Shown one piece after another: positions 52,380-64,000 of a stretch of 64,000 bases of DNA (its first letter is position 1; each line of letters starts with the position of its first letter). The position numbers and the translations under genes were made by a program. The notes beneath the pieces were generated by a model. The model did not search any database. It was not told where the DNA came from and saw only the letters and a list, made by a program, of their open reading frames with translations. This DNA comes from Octopus vulgaris (taxonomy: Eukaryota). The stretch spans positions 15,562,001 through 15,626,000 of the forward strand of contig OX597818.1 in assembly GCA_951406725.2 (NCBI GenBank), read 5' to 3'.

Positions 52380-53489
52380 ATGTGTGTGTCTGTGTCTCCC
52401 TGCTACTTGACAACCAGTGCTGTTTTGTTTATACTCCAGTAATTTAGCAGTTCAACAAAAGAAACTCATATAATAAGTATCGTACTTAACAAAAAGAATA
52501 TGTATTGGGTTTGATTTTTATCTGCTAAACCTTTCAAAGGGTTACTTAAACTTGGCTATAGGCAAAGGATTGAAACGAATAAAAGAATAAAGGAATAGTT
52601 TTAAATGCAATTGAGAGGATTGTCAGAGTGTTGATTAGAATTCCTTGTAGTATTTGTTTGAGCTCTGTCCACTTTGAGTTCAAATCCTTTACTTTTAACT
52701 TTCATCTTTTGGGATGGTCAATTAAATAAAAGTCTAAACAAGGATAGTAGATTGGCAGAATTGTTGGAGTATTGGATGTATTTTATCTTTTACTTGTTTC
52801 AGTCATTAGACTGCAGCCATGCTGGGGCACTGCCTTGAAAGTTTTTAGTTGAAGGAATTGACCCCAGTACTTATTTTGTCTTTATAAGCCTGGCTCTTAT
52901 ACTATTAGTCTCTTCTAGTGAACCACTAAGTTACGTGGATGTAAACACTAACACCAGTCGTCAAGCAGTGGCAGGAGACAAGCACACACACACACACACA
53001 CACACACATGTATACACATATGACGGGTTTCTTTCAGTTTCTTCTACCAAATCCTCTCATAAGGTTTAGGTTGGTTCAAGGCTGTAGTAGAAGACACTTG
53101 TCCAAAGTGCCACACAGCATCATTTCTGTATCTTTGAGTTCTGACAGCAAGACCTCCAGTGACACTAATGCCAAGTTTTTGTCAGCTGTTGTTTTTCCAT
53201 TGGACAATATTGGTAATGTGAGGAGGAGACACTTGCATGCATGGGCAACTGTTGATCTTTCATATAACAACCCAGCCCAAACTTGTACCTTAAGAAGAAA
53301 CTCTTCAGGTACATGTCCATAGTCTTACAGAACTTAAGGAAGCCCCAAGTACAAATTGTTTTATGTCATTTTCATGATTTCATGAAATACATTCAGATCT
53401 GATGAATTTCTTTTGACAAATCATATGTATGTTTAATGGAAAATGCTCTTTTGCTGTTTTATTATTGATTCCAGTCAGCTGAGTCTGGC

Positions 53490-54402
53490 AATGCTGGAGC
53501 ACCCCAAGCTAAAAATCAAAGAGACACATTGTTTAACAATAGTCTCTAAATGCTCTGAAATCATCAGAACACCTGAATTTATCCAACAAGTTCAACAGAT
53601 CATTGATTACAATCCCTGAAAGTCCATGCGGTCAATTGCAAAAAATCTCCATGTGTCAGAAGGAACAGTCAGAAATTTTGTCCATAAAAACATCAGATAT
53701 AAATCTTATTTTATGAGGAAAGGTTAATTAGTCAGAAAAGTCAAAAGAAAATCACTACAACAGATCTAAAAGGCTCTTAAACTGAAAAATCCAGCAGAAG
53801 AAGATTTGATTTGGTTTCCCTCAAACGAGAAAAGCTTCAACCAAGATCAAAAAGCTAATAGAAGAAATGACAGATGGTTATGTGCAAGCTCTTCAGAAGT
53901 TCCAAGTGTTATGCATACAAAATTTCTTGCAGCTGTTATGGTTTTAGGAGTTGTCAGCAATGAATGACATGTGATGCCACCTTACTTCTTTCCACAAGGC
54001 CTTAGAGTTAACTCTGCTGTTTACATTGAGGTCCTGGAAATAATTGTTTAGCCCTGGATAGACAGTGTATGCAATGGAATGCCATATGTGTTTCAGTGAG
54101 ACTCTGCACTATCACACATGGCTCTAGTAAGAAAGGAATGGCCAGCTGAAAATTTTCATGATTACATAACCCCTAACATTTGGCCTCCTAATTACCCAGA
54201 TCTCAATCCATTGGGCTATTACATATAGAGTGTTTTTGAGAGAGAGGTCAATGAACATGCCCATAACACCAAAGATCCTTTGAAATCTGCCATAGTCAGA
54301 GTAATGTCTAAAATGAACCCGGACCACTTGATTAGAGTATGTAGATTATTTAGATCTCATAGAGAAGCAGTTGCTGAAGCTGGGGGTGGCTTTATTGAAT
54401 GA
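53490..54402 (+). pseudogene. Decayed maT-family (DD37D) transposase
   Basis: NRRNDRWL, VMVLGVVS, FQ*DSA...WPPNYPDLNPLGYY with 37 residues between D2 and the mutated D3 position, ending GGFIE*; several stops. Confidence 0.85.
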
Positions 54403-55616
54403 CATTGTAGAAAAGGTTTATTTTTATCCTTATGGCATTTTTTGATAAATAAAGTTATTATATGTCTGTTTTTTTTATAAACATAAATCTGTTCTCAAAT
54501 GTCTTTTGAAAACTTTGTATAGGCCTCTGAGCAGGTATCACCAAGCTTTTGGCAAACTTCTATTCAGATTCTTAGCTCAAGTTTCTCAGTTGCAACAATC
54601 ACATGCTACACACCTTCCTTCCAAGCACTACTTTAAACAGCAGAATATTAAAACTTAGCGTGCATGCACAACAAAGTTCAAGGTCAATCTGTACCAAGCA
54701 GCTTCACTCTGCATGCTTTAGCTTCGTTACAATGGCAACAATCCAGATATTTATTGATCAGACTGGTGGCACGTAAAAAGCACTTCTCAAACGTGATCGA
54801 TGCCAGGGCTACCTGACTGGCTCCTGTATCAGTGGCACATAAATAGCACTATCTGAATGTGATTGATGCCAGGGCTGCCTGACTGATTCCTGTATCAGTG
54901 GCATGTAAAAAGCATCCACTACACTCTTGGAGTGGTTACATTAGGACAGACATCCAGATGTAGAAACATTGCTAGATCAGACTGCTGGCTTTCCAGATCT
55001 CAGTCAAACTGTCCACCAATGCCAGCATGGAAAACGGATGTTAAACGATGATGATGATGACGACGATGATGCCACCGCCACCGACGACGATGTAGACATA
55101 AGAATAATATTTGTATAGCAGCAGTATACTTATTTCTTTAGCTATTTTTATGTACCAATTTATGAACAAAGCATCACAGGTTTTCAATGTGCCAGTCACA
55201 GGTTCACTGCATGTTTGATAGTAAAATTGACATGAGAGTGTCTGTAGCTCAGTGCAGAACAAATATCAACAGGAAACTTTGTTTGCAAAACACCAGGTCA
55301 TGGACCAATGTAATGGTTAAATCTCCCTCTCTTATAGGCCTTGTGGTGATTAGATCTTTTAACTTGTTTAACAACACCACCTGAGACTTGAGGACTTTCT
55401 TGAGAATCCATTTTGTAGCTAGAAATTAAACCATGTCCCCAGTTTGGAAATAACTCCATACCTTTATGTATATGCTTCTTCTCACAGGAGTAACCCTATG
55501 AGTTGTGGTCTCTTTCTCTAACTGTTCCTTCCCATAATCTTTAAGATCCTGCAAAGATCATGGAGGCTTGCACTAGTTTCTAACAAAATTAAAAAACAAG
55601 TAAATAAATATCTCAC

Positions 55617-55768
55617 CTGAAGAGTAACAATATCCCCAAAAGGAGCTAATAATAGCCATGTCTTTTCCATATTACCAGGAGGCATATTTGGATACAATGG
55701 GGAGTAGATACTCTGATATTCATCTGTAGACATTAATACTGCATCACGTGACAACAAATCAGAGGAAT
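55617..55768 (-). CDS. Exon 4: CUB2, N-half (no Cys)
   Basis: caaAG|...|GTGAG; 152 nt, phase 1-0; QSIYSPLYPNMPPGNMEKTWLLLAPFGDIVTLQ. Confidence 0.85.
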
Positions 55769-56628
55769 CTTTGAAGCAAAAGAAAAACAAAGGATTTACA
55801 ACCAAACACCTGTGTTGAACATTAATTGAATAACCTATCCTGCCAGTATTACATGACTGATGAATTACCGCATGGAGATAAAGGTAATATAGTTCAAAAA
55901 GTACCTAATTGACAGTACCTAATTTAGGGAGATGGAATGTGGGATATTGTATAGTGTAATAGGTAATGCTGTTGACCAGTAAATGATAGATGCAGTATTT
56001 CCTGTCCCACCACCTTTAGGTAAATTGTTTTTCTCTAAAATTGGCACTTATTGATTATCTAGGCAATATCAATCATTGATGTGATCACACAGCAAGAAAC
56101 ACTTCCTTATCAACTTTTATGTGATTGATCATTTAGCTAGAAATAATAGCTAAGTCTCCTGCAAATCCCAGTTATCATTTTAAACAAATAAGAACGCATT
56201 TTAAAATGAATTACTAGCTATGCCTAATATAATATGATGGTCACTACTGGAATATCTTTAATTATAGATTTGTGTGATCAGAGTTGACCATAACTGAATC
56301 AGCAACAGCAAAAACTTGCCAACATTTTTTCTATAGATGTGTAACTCTGGCCCACTTTTCTGAAAAATCTTTCATATTCTTATACAGTTTATCATAAACT
56401 GCTCTTGCATCTGTCATCATCATCATTATCTTCATCATTATACATTTTTGCTATTCCAATGTCTTAAGGATTTCAGTGTCTTCATGACACATTTAATGGT
56501 ATATTCTAGGCGAAACTAAAATATTTTAATCAAGAAACATTTTTATAAACTCTCCCACACACCACCACCACCACCACCACCAAAAAAAACTCTCTCATTG
56601 AAATAGTAAATTGTTTTATCACACTTAC

Positions 56629-56862
56629 CAGTAGCTTCAGGACAAGACTTGACATAACTATCACAACAACTAGATTCAACTGATAGTGGTACCATGGGGT
56701 ACAGTTCACATAAACCCTTGTCATGGTTAACTGTTATCATAGAACAATTCTTCAACTTTTCACAAGTTTCCATACATTTATTTAAGTCACATTGTTCACA
56801 GTGGGTTGGCTCACTCTCCAGATGTACATGATGAGGGTATGGGATCCAAGAGCATCTTAGAC
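56629..56862 (-). CDS. Exon 3: Cys-rich PAN/apple-like module
   Basis: tctAG|...|GTAAG; 234 nt, phase 1-1; LRCSW...CDLNKCMETCEKLKNCSMITVNHDKGLCELY...CCDSYVKSCP, matching the C-x3-C-x5-C...C-x-L pattern of PAN. Confidence 0.8.
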
Positions 56863-57908
56863 CTAGATATAGAGAAAATCCACAGTTTATTCATTATTCA
56901 AAATTCTGAGAACTTAACAACTAAAATCAAATGTTTCCAAATCTGGGATCATGAACATCATTTCTCTCTGATTTGTAGAGACATACAATTATTTGTATCT
57001 ATCCTTGAGGATTCAATGGGAAAACTATATTAACAGTGAAGGGGTTCTGCTCCAGGCTGTATATATGCATGTATATATGTATACATACATATATTCTCTT
57101 GTCTTTCGATCTTTTCACTCATCTATTCGCCGTTAACACTTTTAGTATGTATTATTATTTACGTTTATTTATTTATGTATTATTTATTCACTATTATCTA
57201 CTTTCATAAGCTAATTATTTAAATTGACCCTTCAATATATAACTTCCGAAATCTCTCTCTCTCTCTCTCTTTCTCAGCCTTCATTCCTCCTTAATTCTTC
57301 ATGTAATTTTCTAAATGGAATCTCTTCTTCCCTCCTGTGTTCTCAAGTTGACTACATATATTTTATATCATCTCTCTAAATTAACCCTTGCTTGTTCACA
57401 GTGTGCCCGCCCATTCCCACCACCAATACCGGATATCTATCTCTCTTCTCTTTCTCTCTCTTCTCCCTCCACCAACACCAGATATCTCTCTCTTCTCCCA
57501 CCACCATTACCAGATATCTCTCTTCTCTCACCGGAAACCCTCTCCCTCATTCGTGGTATTCTCTATCATACCTGCAATCTCCTCTCCCTCTCTCTCTCTC
57601 CTGGGACAAATGCAACTAGTTTAGCTGCCCACCTACTTAATCGGCTATCTTTCGTCTTGACTCGAAATTTGTCAAGAAACTACCCGGTAATTTCCATAGA
57701 TGTATCAAAGGGAAAGAGAAGGTTAATGGACCAAACATACATACTTGTTCCAGATGTGCGTGCGTGCTTGTTCTTGTGTGTGTGGGTATGTACAGGCGTA
57801 CTTGTTCCTCTCATCTCACACCGGAAACCCCCTCCCTCACTGGTGGTATTCTCTATCATACCTGCAATTTCTTCTCCCTCTCTCCCAGGACAAATGCAAT
57901 TAGTTTAG

Positions 57909-58453
57909 TTTGATGAGGAATAATGAAAGTTATTTTTCAAAAAATTGTCTGGACTTAATATCATCATCATCATCATCATTGTCCAATGTTTGATTTCCAT
58001 GCCAGTATGCGTTTGAAAATCTGGATGCAAGAATGTCTTACATCCATATTTAGGATCTTTTCAATTGTGTGGCCAGGAGCCCAGATCTTTCTACTTAACT
58101 AAATAATTTGAAACTTCGTATGCTGGTACAGTGTTTCAAAACAAGACACAGGTTGGAACTAGTTTATTTGAGAAAAATCTATTTTATGACTTTAATCGTA
58201 GATTAAAACTGCGAATTTTAACCAATGAGATTGCTTGTTTTCATATTTAATATGTTACTGCATTCTGTTAGTGTGACGTAGAAAGCAGTTTTGTGACGTA
58301 GGCAACTGTGCACATTTGAGGCTAACATACATAGATACATACACACACACACACATACATACAGATACACATACACCGAGTATTCACTCGAAAAAACTAA
58401 ACACTGAATCGGCCATACATACATACATACATACACACACACACATACATACA

Positions 58454-58493
<40 letters not shown>

Positions 58494-58866
58494 TAGATAC
58501 ATACACACATACATACATACATTCATACATACATACATTCATACATATACACATACACCGAGTAAAAAATTTCATCGTTATTGTTTTGTTTACATTTGTT
58601 TACATACCATATGTTTACTACGTCACCAAATTGGTGGTCGAGATGGAGTAAATAATATGAAGCCGAAAGACGGAATACCATTGGTCAAAATTCTAATTAT
58701 TAAACAATGTTAAACTTAGAAGTTACAATTCCGTTTTCATTCTGGTTTACAATTAAGTTTACTTTTGACACATTCTACCAGTATACGAAGTTTCAAATTG
58801 TTTGGTTCAGTAGGAAAAATTTTAAAAAACTGGCTTCACAAATGAAAAGATCCCATATTTATGTAT

Positions 58867-58923
<57 letters not shown>

Positions 58924-59166
58924 CATATATCTTAGGGTTCCAGATGTGTTTATAAGGTTTATAAAGAACCTCCTTATAAACCCATCTGGAACCCTAAGAT
59001 ATATGCATGTGTGTGTGTGTGTACATAAATATGGATGTAAGACATTCTTGCATCCAGATTTTCTAACCTATACTGGCATGGGAATCAAACATTGGACAAT
59101 GATGATGATGATGATATTAAGTCCAGACAATTTTTTGAAAAATAACTTTCATTATTCCTCATCAAA
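57909..59166. repeat. Large palindromic (inverted) duplication, left arm interrupted by a Merlin MITE
   Basis: 57909-58052 plus 58862-58957 is the reverse complement of 58972-59166, with a 14-nt spacer. Confidence 0.88.
58053..58853. mobile_element. Non-autonomous Merlin-like DNA transposon
   Basis: GG...CC termini, imperfect TIRs of about 90 bp (ggatcttttca / tgaaaagatcc), exact 8-bp TSD catattta. Confidence 0.78.
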
Positions 59167-59487
59167 ACAGATCCCCCTTAGAGTAACCACCTGCTCTTGC
59201 CATTTTCACAGACCAAGAATCAACTTGTCATCTTCTATTGAAAGAACTGACCAACTGTATAGATATAAACACATTTTTTCTTCTTTTTGTCTTCCTTCCT
59301 TTCTTTCCTTCCTTCTATTTTCAATTGGCATTAAGAAAAAATCACATTTTTCCCCTTTGAAAACATTTTTCTTTCAGAGCTCCCTGGTGAGCTGGCTGAA
59401 CCAAAGTAAGCATCTGCTCCAGCCACCTACTTAAAAATATTCCTTTTCTTTATCTCCTATTCAAAACATTCCCTTTCAGATACACTG

Positions 59488-59529
<42 letters not shown>

Positions 59530-59539
59530 TCTCCCTCTT

Positions 59540-60280
59540 GTCTTATGGGAGACCATGGAGGTGCTTGAAAAGTGATAGTCAATTGGAGAAAGGTCTGGGG
59601 AATAAGCTAGGTGGGGAAGAACTTTGTAACCAAATTCCCTCAACTTCTGGACTGCCGTTAGTGAAACATATGGCCAAGCATTGTAATGGATTCATGAAGA
59701 ATGATTGCCCTCTTCTGTTGACCAGTTTGGTATGGAGAGATAGCAGTTTTTCATTCATTTTGGCAATTTTATGGCAATATGTTTCTGCAGTAATGTTTTT
59801 TCCGGATTGTAAGAAGTTATAGTAGATGAATCCAGCAGTACACCACCAAACATTCACCATGACCTTCTCTTTGAAGAGCTCCTGTTTATGAAAGGTTTTG
59901 GTGCTTCATTTTGGTGCAACTGCTGCAAAGAACATTTTTTATTATTGTACAGAATCCACTTTTCATCACATGTTACAATATGGTCGAGAAATGGATCAGT
60001 CTGGTTACAGAGTAGAAGCAATGAGCAAATTTCATATCTGCACATTTTCTCATTTTCATTCAAATCGTGTGGTACCCATTTGTCTAGATTTTTTGATTTT
60101 CTGATCGCATGCATATGGTTGCAAGCAGTTTTCTGACTAACTTGAAGTTCTTTTGTCAGTTCTCAAGTGGTTTTATGTTGATCTTTCTTAATCATTGTCT
60201 TTAATTGACTGTCACCAATGCCAGATGGGCATCCACTTCAAGGCTCAAATTTCCACTGCAAAATCGTTTAAACCATTTAC
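59540..60280 (-). pseudogene. Decayed mariner transposase, cecropia (Hsmar1-like) subfamily
   Basis: LDKWVPHDLNE...PFLDHIVTCDEKWILYNN and VWWCTAGFIYYNFLQSGKNITAETYC; frameshifted. Confidence 0.85.
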
Positions 60281-60494
60281 CTCAAAGGTTGCCTTGCCTC
60301 TCTAACAAGACTAGGCAAAACTAATCTGGTTTTCTTTTTCTTTTGTTTCTCTTTTTTAGAGAGAGCTCAGTATTTTAATCATGGCATTTATTTTCGCAGC
60401 AACACTTCAAACATAATACTCATACATACATAAATTTAATTGAAGCTTTTCTATAAACTCATTGTCTCAATGCATTAGTTCTTTAGTTAACATG

Positions 60495-60578
<84 letters not shown>

Positions 60579-60617
60579 TGTATGTGTGTGTAACATAATA
60601 TAATATAAAAATCTTAC

Positions 60618-60825
60618 CTGAAAGCCACTTTATTTGGAAGGATTTCAGATTTTCTGTAGATTGAACCTGGAGCCTTATAATAATAAAGTTATTGTAACTT
60701 AAGATGTATTCAGCAGGTTTTCTTGGTTCCTTTAGAATGGCAGCAAGATAGCTTTCAGAGACTGACCTTGCTCCAACCCAAACTTCAAGCTCTGCTTGAT
60801 CCTGCAAGATGTCTGTTGATTCAAA
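60618..60825 (-). CDS. Exon 2: CUB1, C-half
   Basis: cttAG|...|GTAAG; 208 nt, phase 0-1; FESTDILQDQAELEVWVGARS...SYNNFIIIRLQVQSTENLKSFQIKWLS. Confidence 0.85.
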
Positions 60826-61160
60826 CTAAGATTATAGAAAAGGTTTTAAAATCAATTATATTTCACTTGCTTGTTGCATATGTAACTAAGTTCATTTCAG
60901 ATATTTTATTTTTTCTCATAAAAACAAAAGAAATAACATATTGTATCATATCAGATAGAAATTTTTAAGTGAGGATCATCTCAGTATACTAAGATGTTTA
61001 TAAGATAAAAGAATTACAAGTTTCCTCTATTATATATATGTACAGATAAAAATGTATATAAATATACAAGGATGTATGCATTTCTAAATGTTATTCATGT
61101 TATACATAGAAATAACAGCATGAAACAAACATGGAATGTGTTAATATACAAAAAACTTAC

Positions 61161-61294
61161 CCAGATTTGAAGCTTGCTGCCAACTTTTCCTTCTATGATC
61201 CATTGACAGCTCAACGACTTTGCAAGTCTTTGAATAATATTTGTAAGTTTAATTTCACCCTCAGATTGTTTCAATAAAAATTGGCAGTCTTCAG
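61161..61294 (-). CDS. Exon 1 of 18 in window: CUB1, N-half
   Basis: ttttaaAG|...|GTAAG; 134 nt, phase 1-0; EDCQFLLKQSEGEIKLTNIIQRLAKSLSCQWIIEGKVGSKLQIW. Absent from the ORF track. Confidence 0.85.
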
Positions 61295-61677
61295 CTTTAA
61301 AACAAATTTTCAGTAAAGCAAAAAGTGTTATTGATAATAATTTACTGAAGCAAAAACAACAAATGTCTCATCTCCCCCCAAGCACATACCATACATTCTT
61401 TCCTCCCCCTCCTCACCTTTTTATTGAGTTTTGATGTCCCCTGAAGTTAAGTTCCTCCTTATATACATTTTTGCCTCAACCCTTCCTCCTCAGAATAGCA
61501 ACCTTCTGGGATTATTTAAAATGTTGACTGACAAAATTCAAACATAGCATACACCACCTCATTGATCTTTTCATCTGGAAAGATCTTTTTCATCTGGAAA
61601 TAACACTGACATCTCATTTTAACAGATACATCTGGCAAAATTACATTAAAAATATCTTGAAATACTAAAGAGTAAAT

Positions 61678-62459
61678 TTATTCAATAAAATCGCCATTGG
61701 CTTCGACCACGGCTTCCAGACAACTTCAGAATCTCCTGCAACTCTTCTGGACGGTCTCCTTATTTAGGTTGAGGAATGCTGCCATAATCCTCACCTTTAG
61801 TTAATCTTTGGTGTTTCAAGGAATTTTGTTGGTCTCTCACTCAACTGCATCCAACACCTAATAATCAAGGGGGTTGCAGTTTGGAGAGTTAGGTGGCCAG
61901 ATGTTAGGGGTGATATGGTCACAGAAATTGTCTGACAGCCATGACTGGGTTCTCCTGTTTGTGTGGCATAGTGCAGAGTCCTGTTGCCAAACACATGGTC
62001 TTCCATTAGCCATCCTTTTGACCCAGGGCAGCACTACTTCCTCTAGGTACTTGATTTAGGCCTCCATGTTGAGTCTGAGGCCATGTGGGAAGATGAATAG
62101 AGGCATAATGTTACCATCACTAGCGATCACTCTAAACACTATGATGTTGACTGGTCTTTCGATTTTTATTACTCTTGGTACATGTCCTCAGATTGCACTG
62201 TCCTCAAATTGCACTATCTTCAGATTGACACTCAAACACTCTGAAATGTTCATATTGGAACTTCCGATGTGAATGCCAAGCAGTACAGCATGTCGTTTAC
62301 AAATTTCTGGCGGAGTGATTTGTGTCATGGTGCTGTTTTTCTCACAGACAGTGCCCGACTGACCCTACCATTCTGTGTAGTCAACAAAATCAAAAACAAA
62401 CAATGCACATGTGCAAAATTAAAAACATAAAATAGCAACAGCTTACCCATCGCACCCTG
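61678..62459 (-). mobile_element. Second, internally deleted maT-like Tc1/mariner remnant
   Basis: Minus strand begins TA|CAGGGTG; C-terminal HITPNIWPPNSPNCNPLDY and EAVVEANGDFIE* parallel the 53490-54402 copy. Confidence 0.75.
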
Positions 62460-62566
62460 TACATATAAACTTAAACAAACACAATGTATGTGTATATATA
62501 TATATATTTATATCATCATAACCATCTTTAACATCTGCCTGCCATGCTGGCATGGGTTGGACGGTA

Positions 62567-62606
<40 letters not shown>

Positions 62607-62703
62607 TAATCCAAACAAGAAAACACAAAAAAAACACAACAATGTGAGGACGTAGAACAAATATAGTATTATTGGACGTTCGGGAAAGAAGGGAAGAAGG
62701 AGG

Positions 62704-62738
62704 GTTTAACGTTTCAAGCGGAGCTCTTCATCGGAAAC
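62704..62738 (-). ncRNA. Minimal hammerhead-like motif with CCGAUGA core
   Basis: gttt CCGATGA a GAGC tcc GCTT GAA AC GT T aaac. Confidence 0.5.
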
Positions 62739-64000
62739 ATAGGAGAAGGAAAGATCCAGAGAAGGGAAGACAGAGGAAAAAAATCGCCAACGGTACACAC
62801 GAGGTCACATTTTGAAAGACCGGAAGGAGAAATATATATATATATATATATTTGCAATCCATGTTTCATAGTTAATTTATACTCACTGTTAATAGGTCAA
62901 TTACTGCAGTATCTGTCCTGAAATAACATCTGTTATTGACTTGTGTTTTTAAAACAATAAATGTCAGAGTGAGCAGGAGTGGCCAAAAAGGAATCAAAAT
63001 GCTTTTCTGCTCACACAAAAACACATGCACATGCATGAACACACACATATACATACACATGCATTCAAGCACACTTGCATATACATGCACATGCATACAG
63101 GCACACACATATAAATGCACATGCATACAGGCACACACATATAAATGCACATGCATACAGACACACACATACACACACACACACACACACACGTAATATG
63201 ATCAAAAAGGAATATAGAAAATGGCCAGCGAAATGTATCTGAACAACATAGACAAATGCAAATATATCAAATACCCGACACCATGAATTCTTGATTTATT
63301 AAAATTATCTCCACCTCTTTAGGATGGATCATAATAAGCACAAGTCAATTGAGACTAATGTCCACTTGAGATGGGGAGATAGTCTTGACAATCAGAACTC
63401 TGCACAGTTGAAATGCCATTAAAGAAAAGGACAGGCTTATTGTTTGGATGATAAGAGGGCATTCATGGACACATGTTTCTGCCTCAAAAGCCATCATCAG
63501 TGCAACAATTGTCTGACCTTATCTCCAGTAACCAAAGGACTTAGACTTATACAAAAAAATGTAGAACACATTTATGGCCTAGGTAATCTGCATAATATAA
63601 GCAAAAATGAACTAAGAGAAATAACTCAGAGTAGGAATAGATAAATACATATGTGTATGTATGTGTGTGTGTGAGTGAAGGCACATGGCTCAGTGGTTAG
63701 AGCATTGGGAGGCTCAGAATTCCAATTCAAACAAGAAGAGTGGTTCATAATTAAAACCAACTTCACTTGTGCATCTGAGAATTTAATTTATGCTATAACT
63801 TGCTCAGGATGAGGATATAACTATATAGGACAGACAAGCATGAAACTTAGACAGAGAGCCATACTACATAAGGAATAGACCTGTTTCTCAAAGTACAGAC
63901 AGGTACCCTTGAGTAAACACACAGAAAGATGCGCAGGGAATCTCAAACCAAATTTCACAGATTTCCCCATCTACCAGTGCAAAGAAACAATTTCTGTACA

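Larger units (their letters stand above)
1054..61294 (-). other. Partial multi-exon gene (18 exons in window) for a Uif/SVEP1-like CUB-PAN-sushi-HYR extracellular protein; 5' and 3' ends outside the window
   Basis: 18 exons with AG/GT boundaries and compatible phases join into 3440 nt with no stop. The segment RRCLYD...IDCGQP...AGES...VICGKTGRWTFNNLTC.GPSCSDPGTPPDARQ...SYEVG...CLRPGY followed by two HYR domains resembles Drosophila Uninflatable as I recall it. Confidence 0.9.

Noticed and set aside
55857-55895. CTGATGA followed by an attacc/ggtaat stem
   Set aside because: No GAAA follows the stem, so the hammerhead core is incomplete.
57315-57908. 197-aa ORF
   Set aside because: Low-complexity CT-rich sequence with an internal duplication of about 90 bp and no recognisable domain.
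61300-64000. Search for upstream exons such as a signal peptide or C-type lectin
   Set aside because: No convincing spliced open segment found; the region is transposon remnants and microsatellites.

Overview
AT-rich, microsatellite-dense animal genomic DNA. The SINE/LINE repertoire and repeat density point to an octopod cephalopod, which is an inference. The whole window lies inside one minus-strand gene. I traced 18 GT-AG exons by hand (61294 down to 1054; 3440 nt, about 1146 codons, one open frame, both ends outside the window). They encode CUB-PAN/apple-like-CUB-CUB-7x sushi(CCP)-2x HYR-sushi-like-linker, an Uninflatable (Uif)/SVEP1-like extracellular protein. The introns hold a near-complete irritans-type mariner, a near-complete IR/DR Tc1, decayed maT (DD37D) and cecropia mariner copies, R4/Dong and RTE LINE fragments, a Helitron, Merlin, hAT, piggyBac and Tc2-type MITEs, and many tRNA-derived SINEs. 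The most unusual signal is eight hammerhead-ribozyme-like motifs (CUGAUGA...GAAAC...GUH with flanking stems) in several unrelated short repeat contexts. One is a TSD-flanked, inverted-repeat element that joins a tRNA-like Pol III head to a hammerhead. There are also several long fold-back palindromes close to exons. All calls come from reading the sequence; no searches or folding programs were run.
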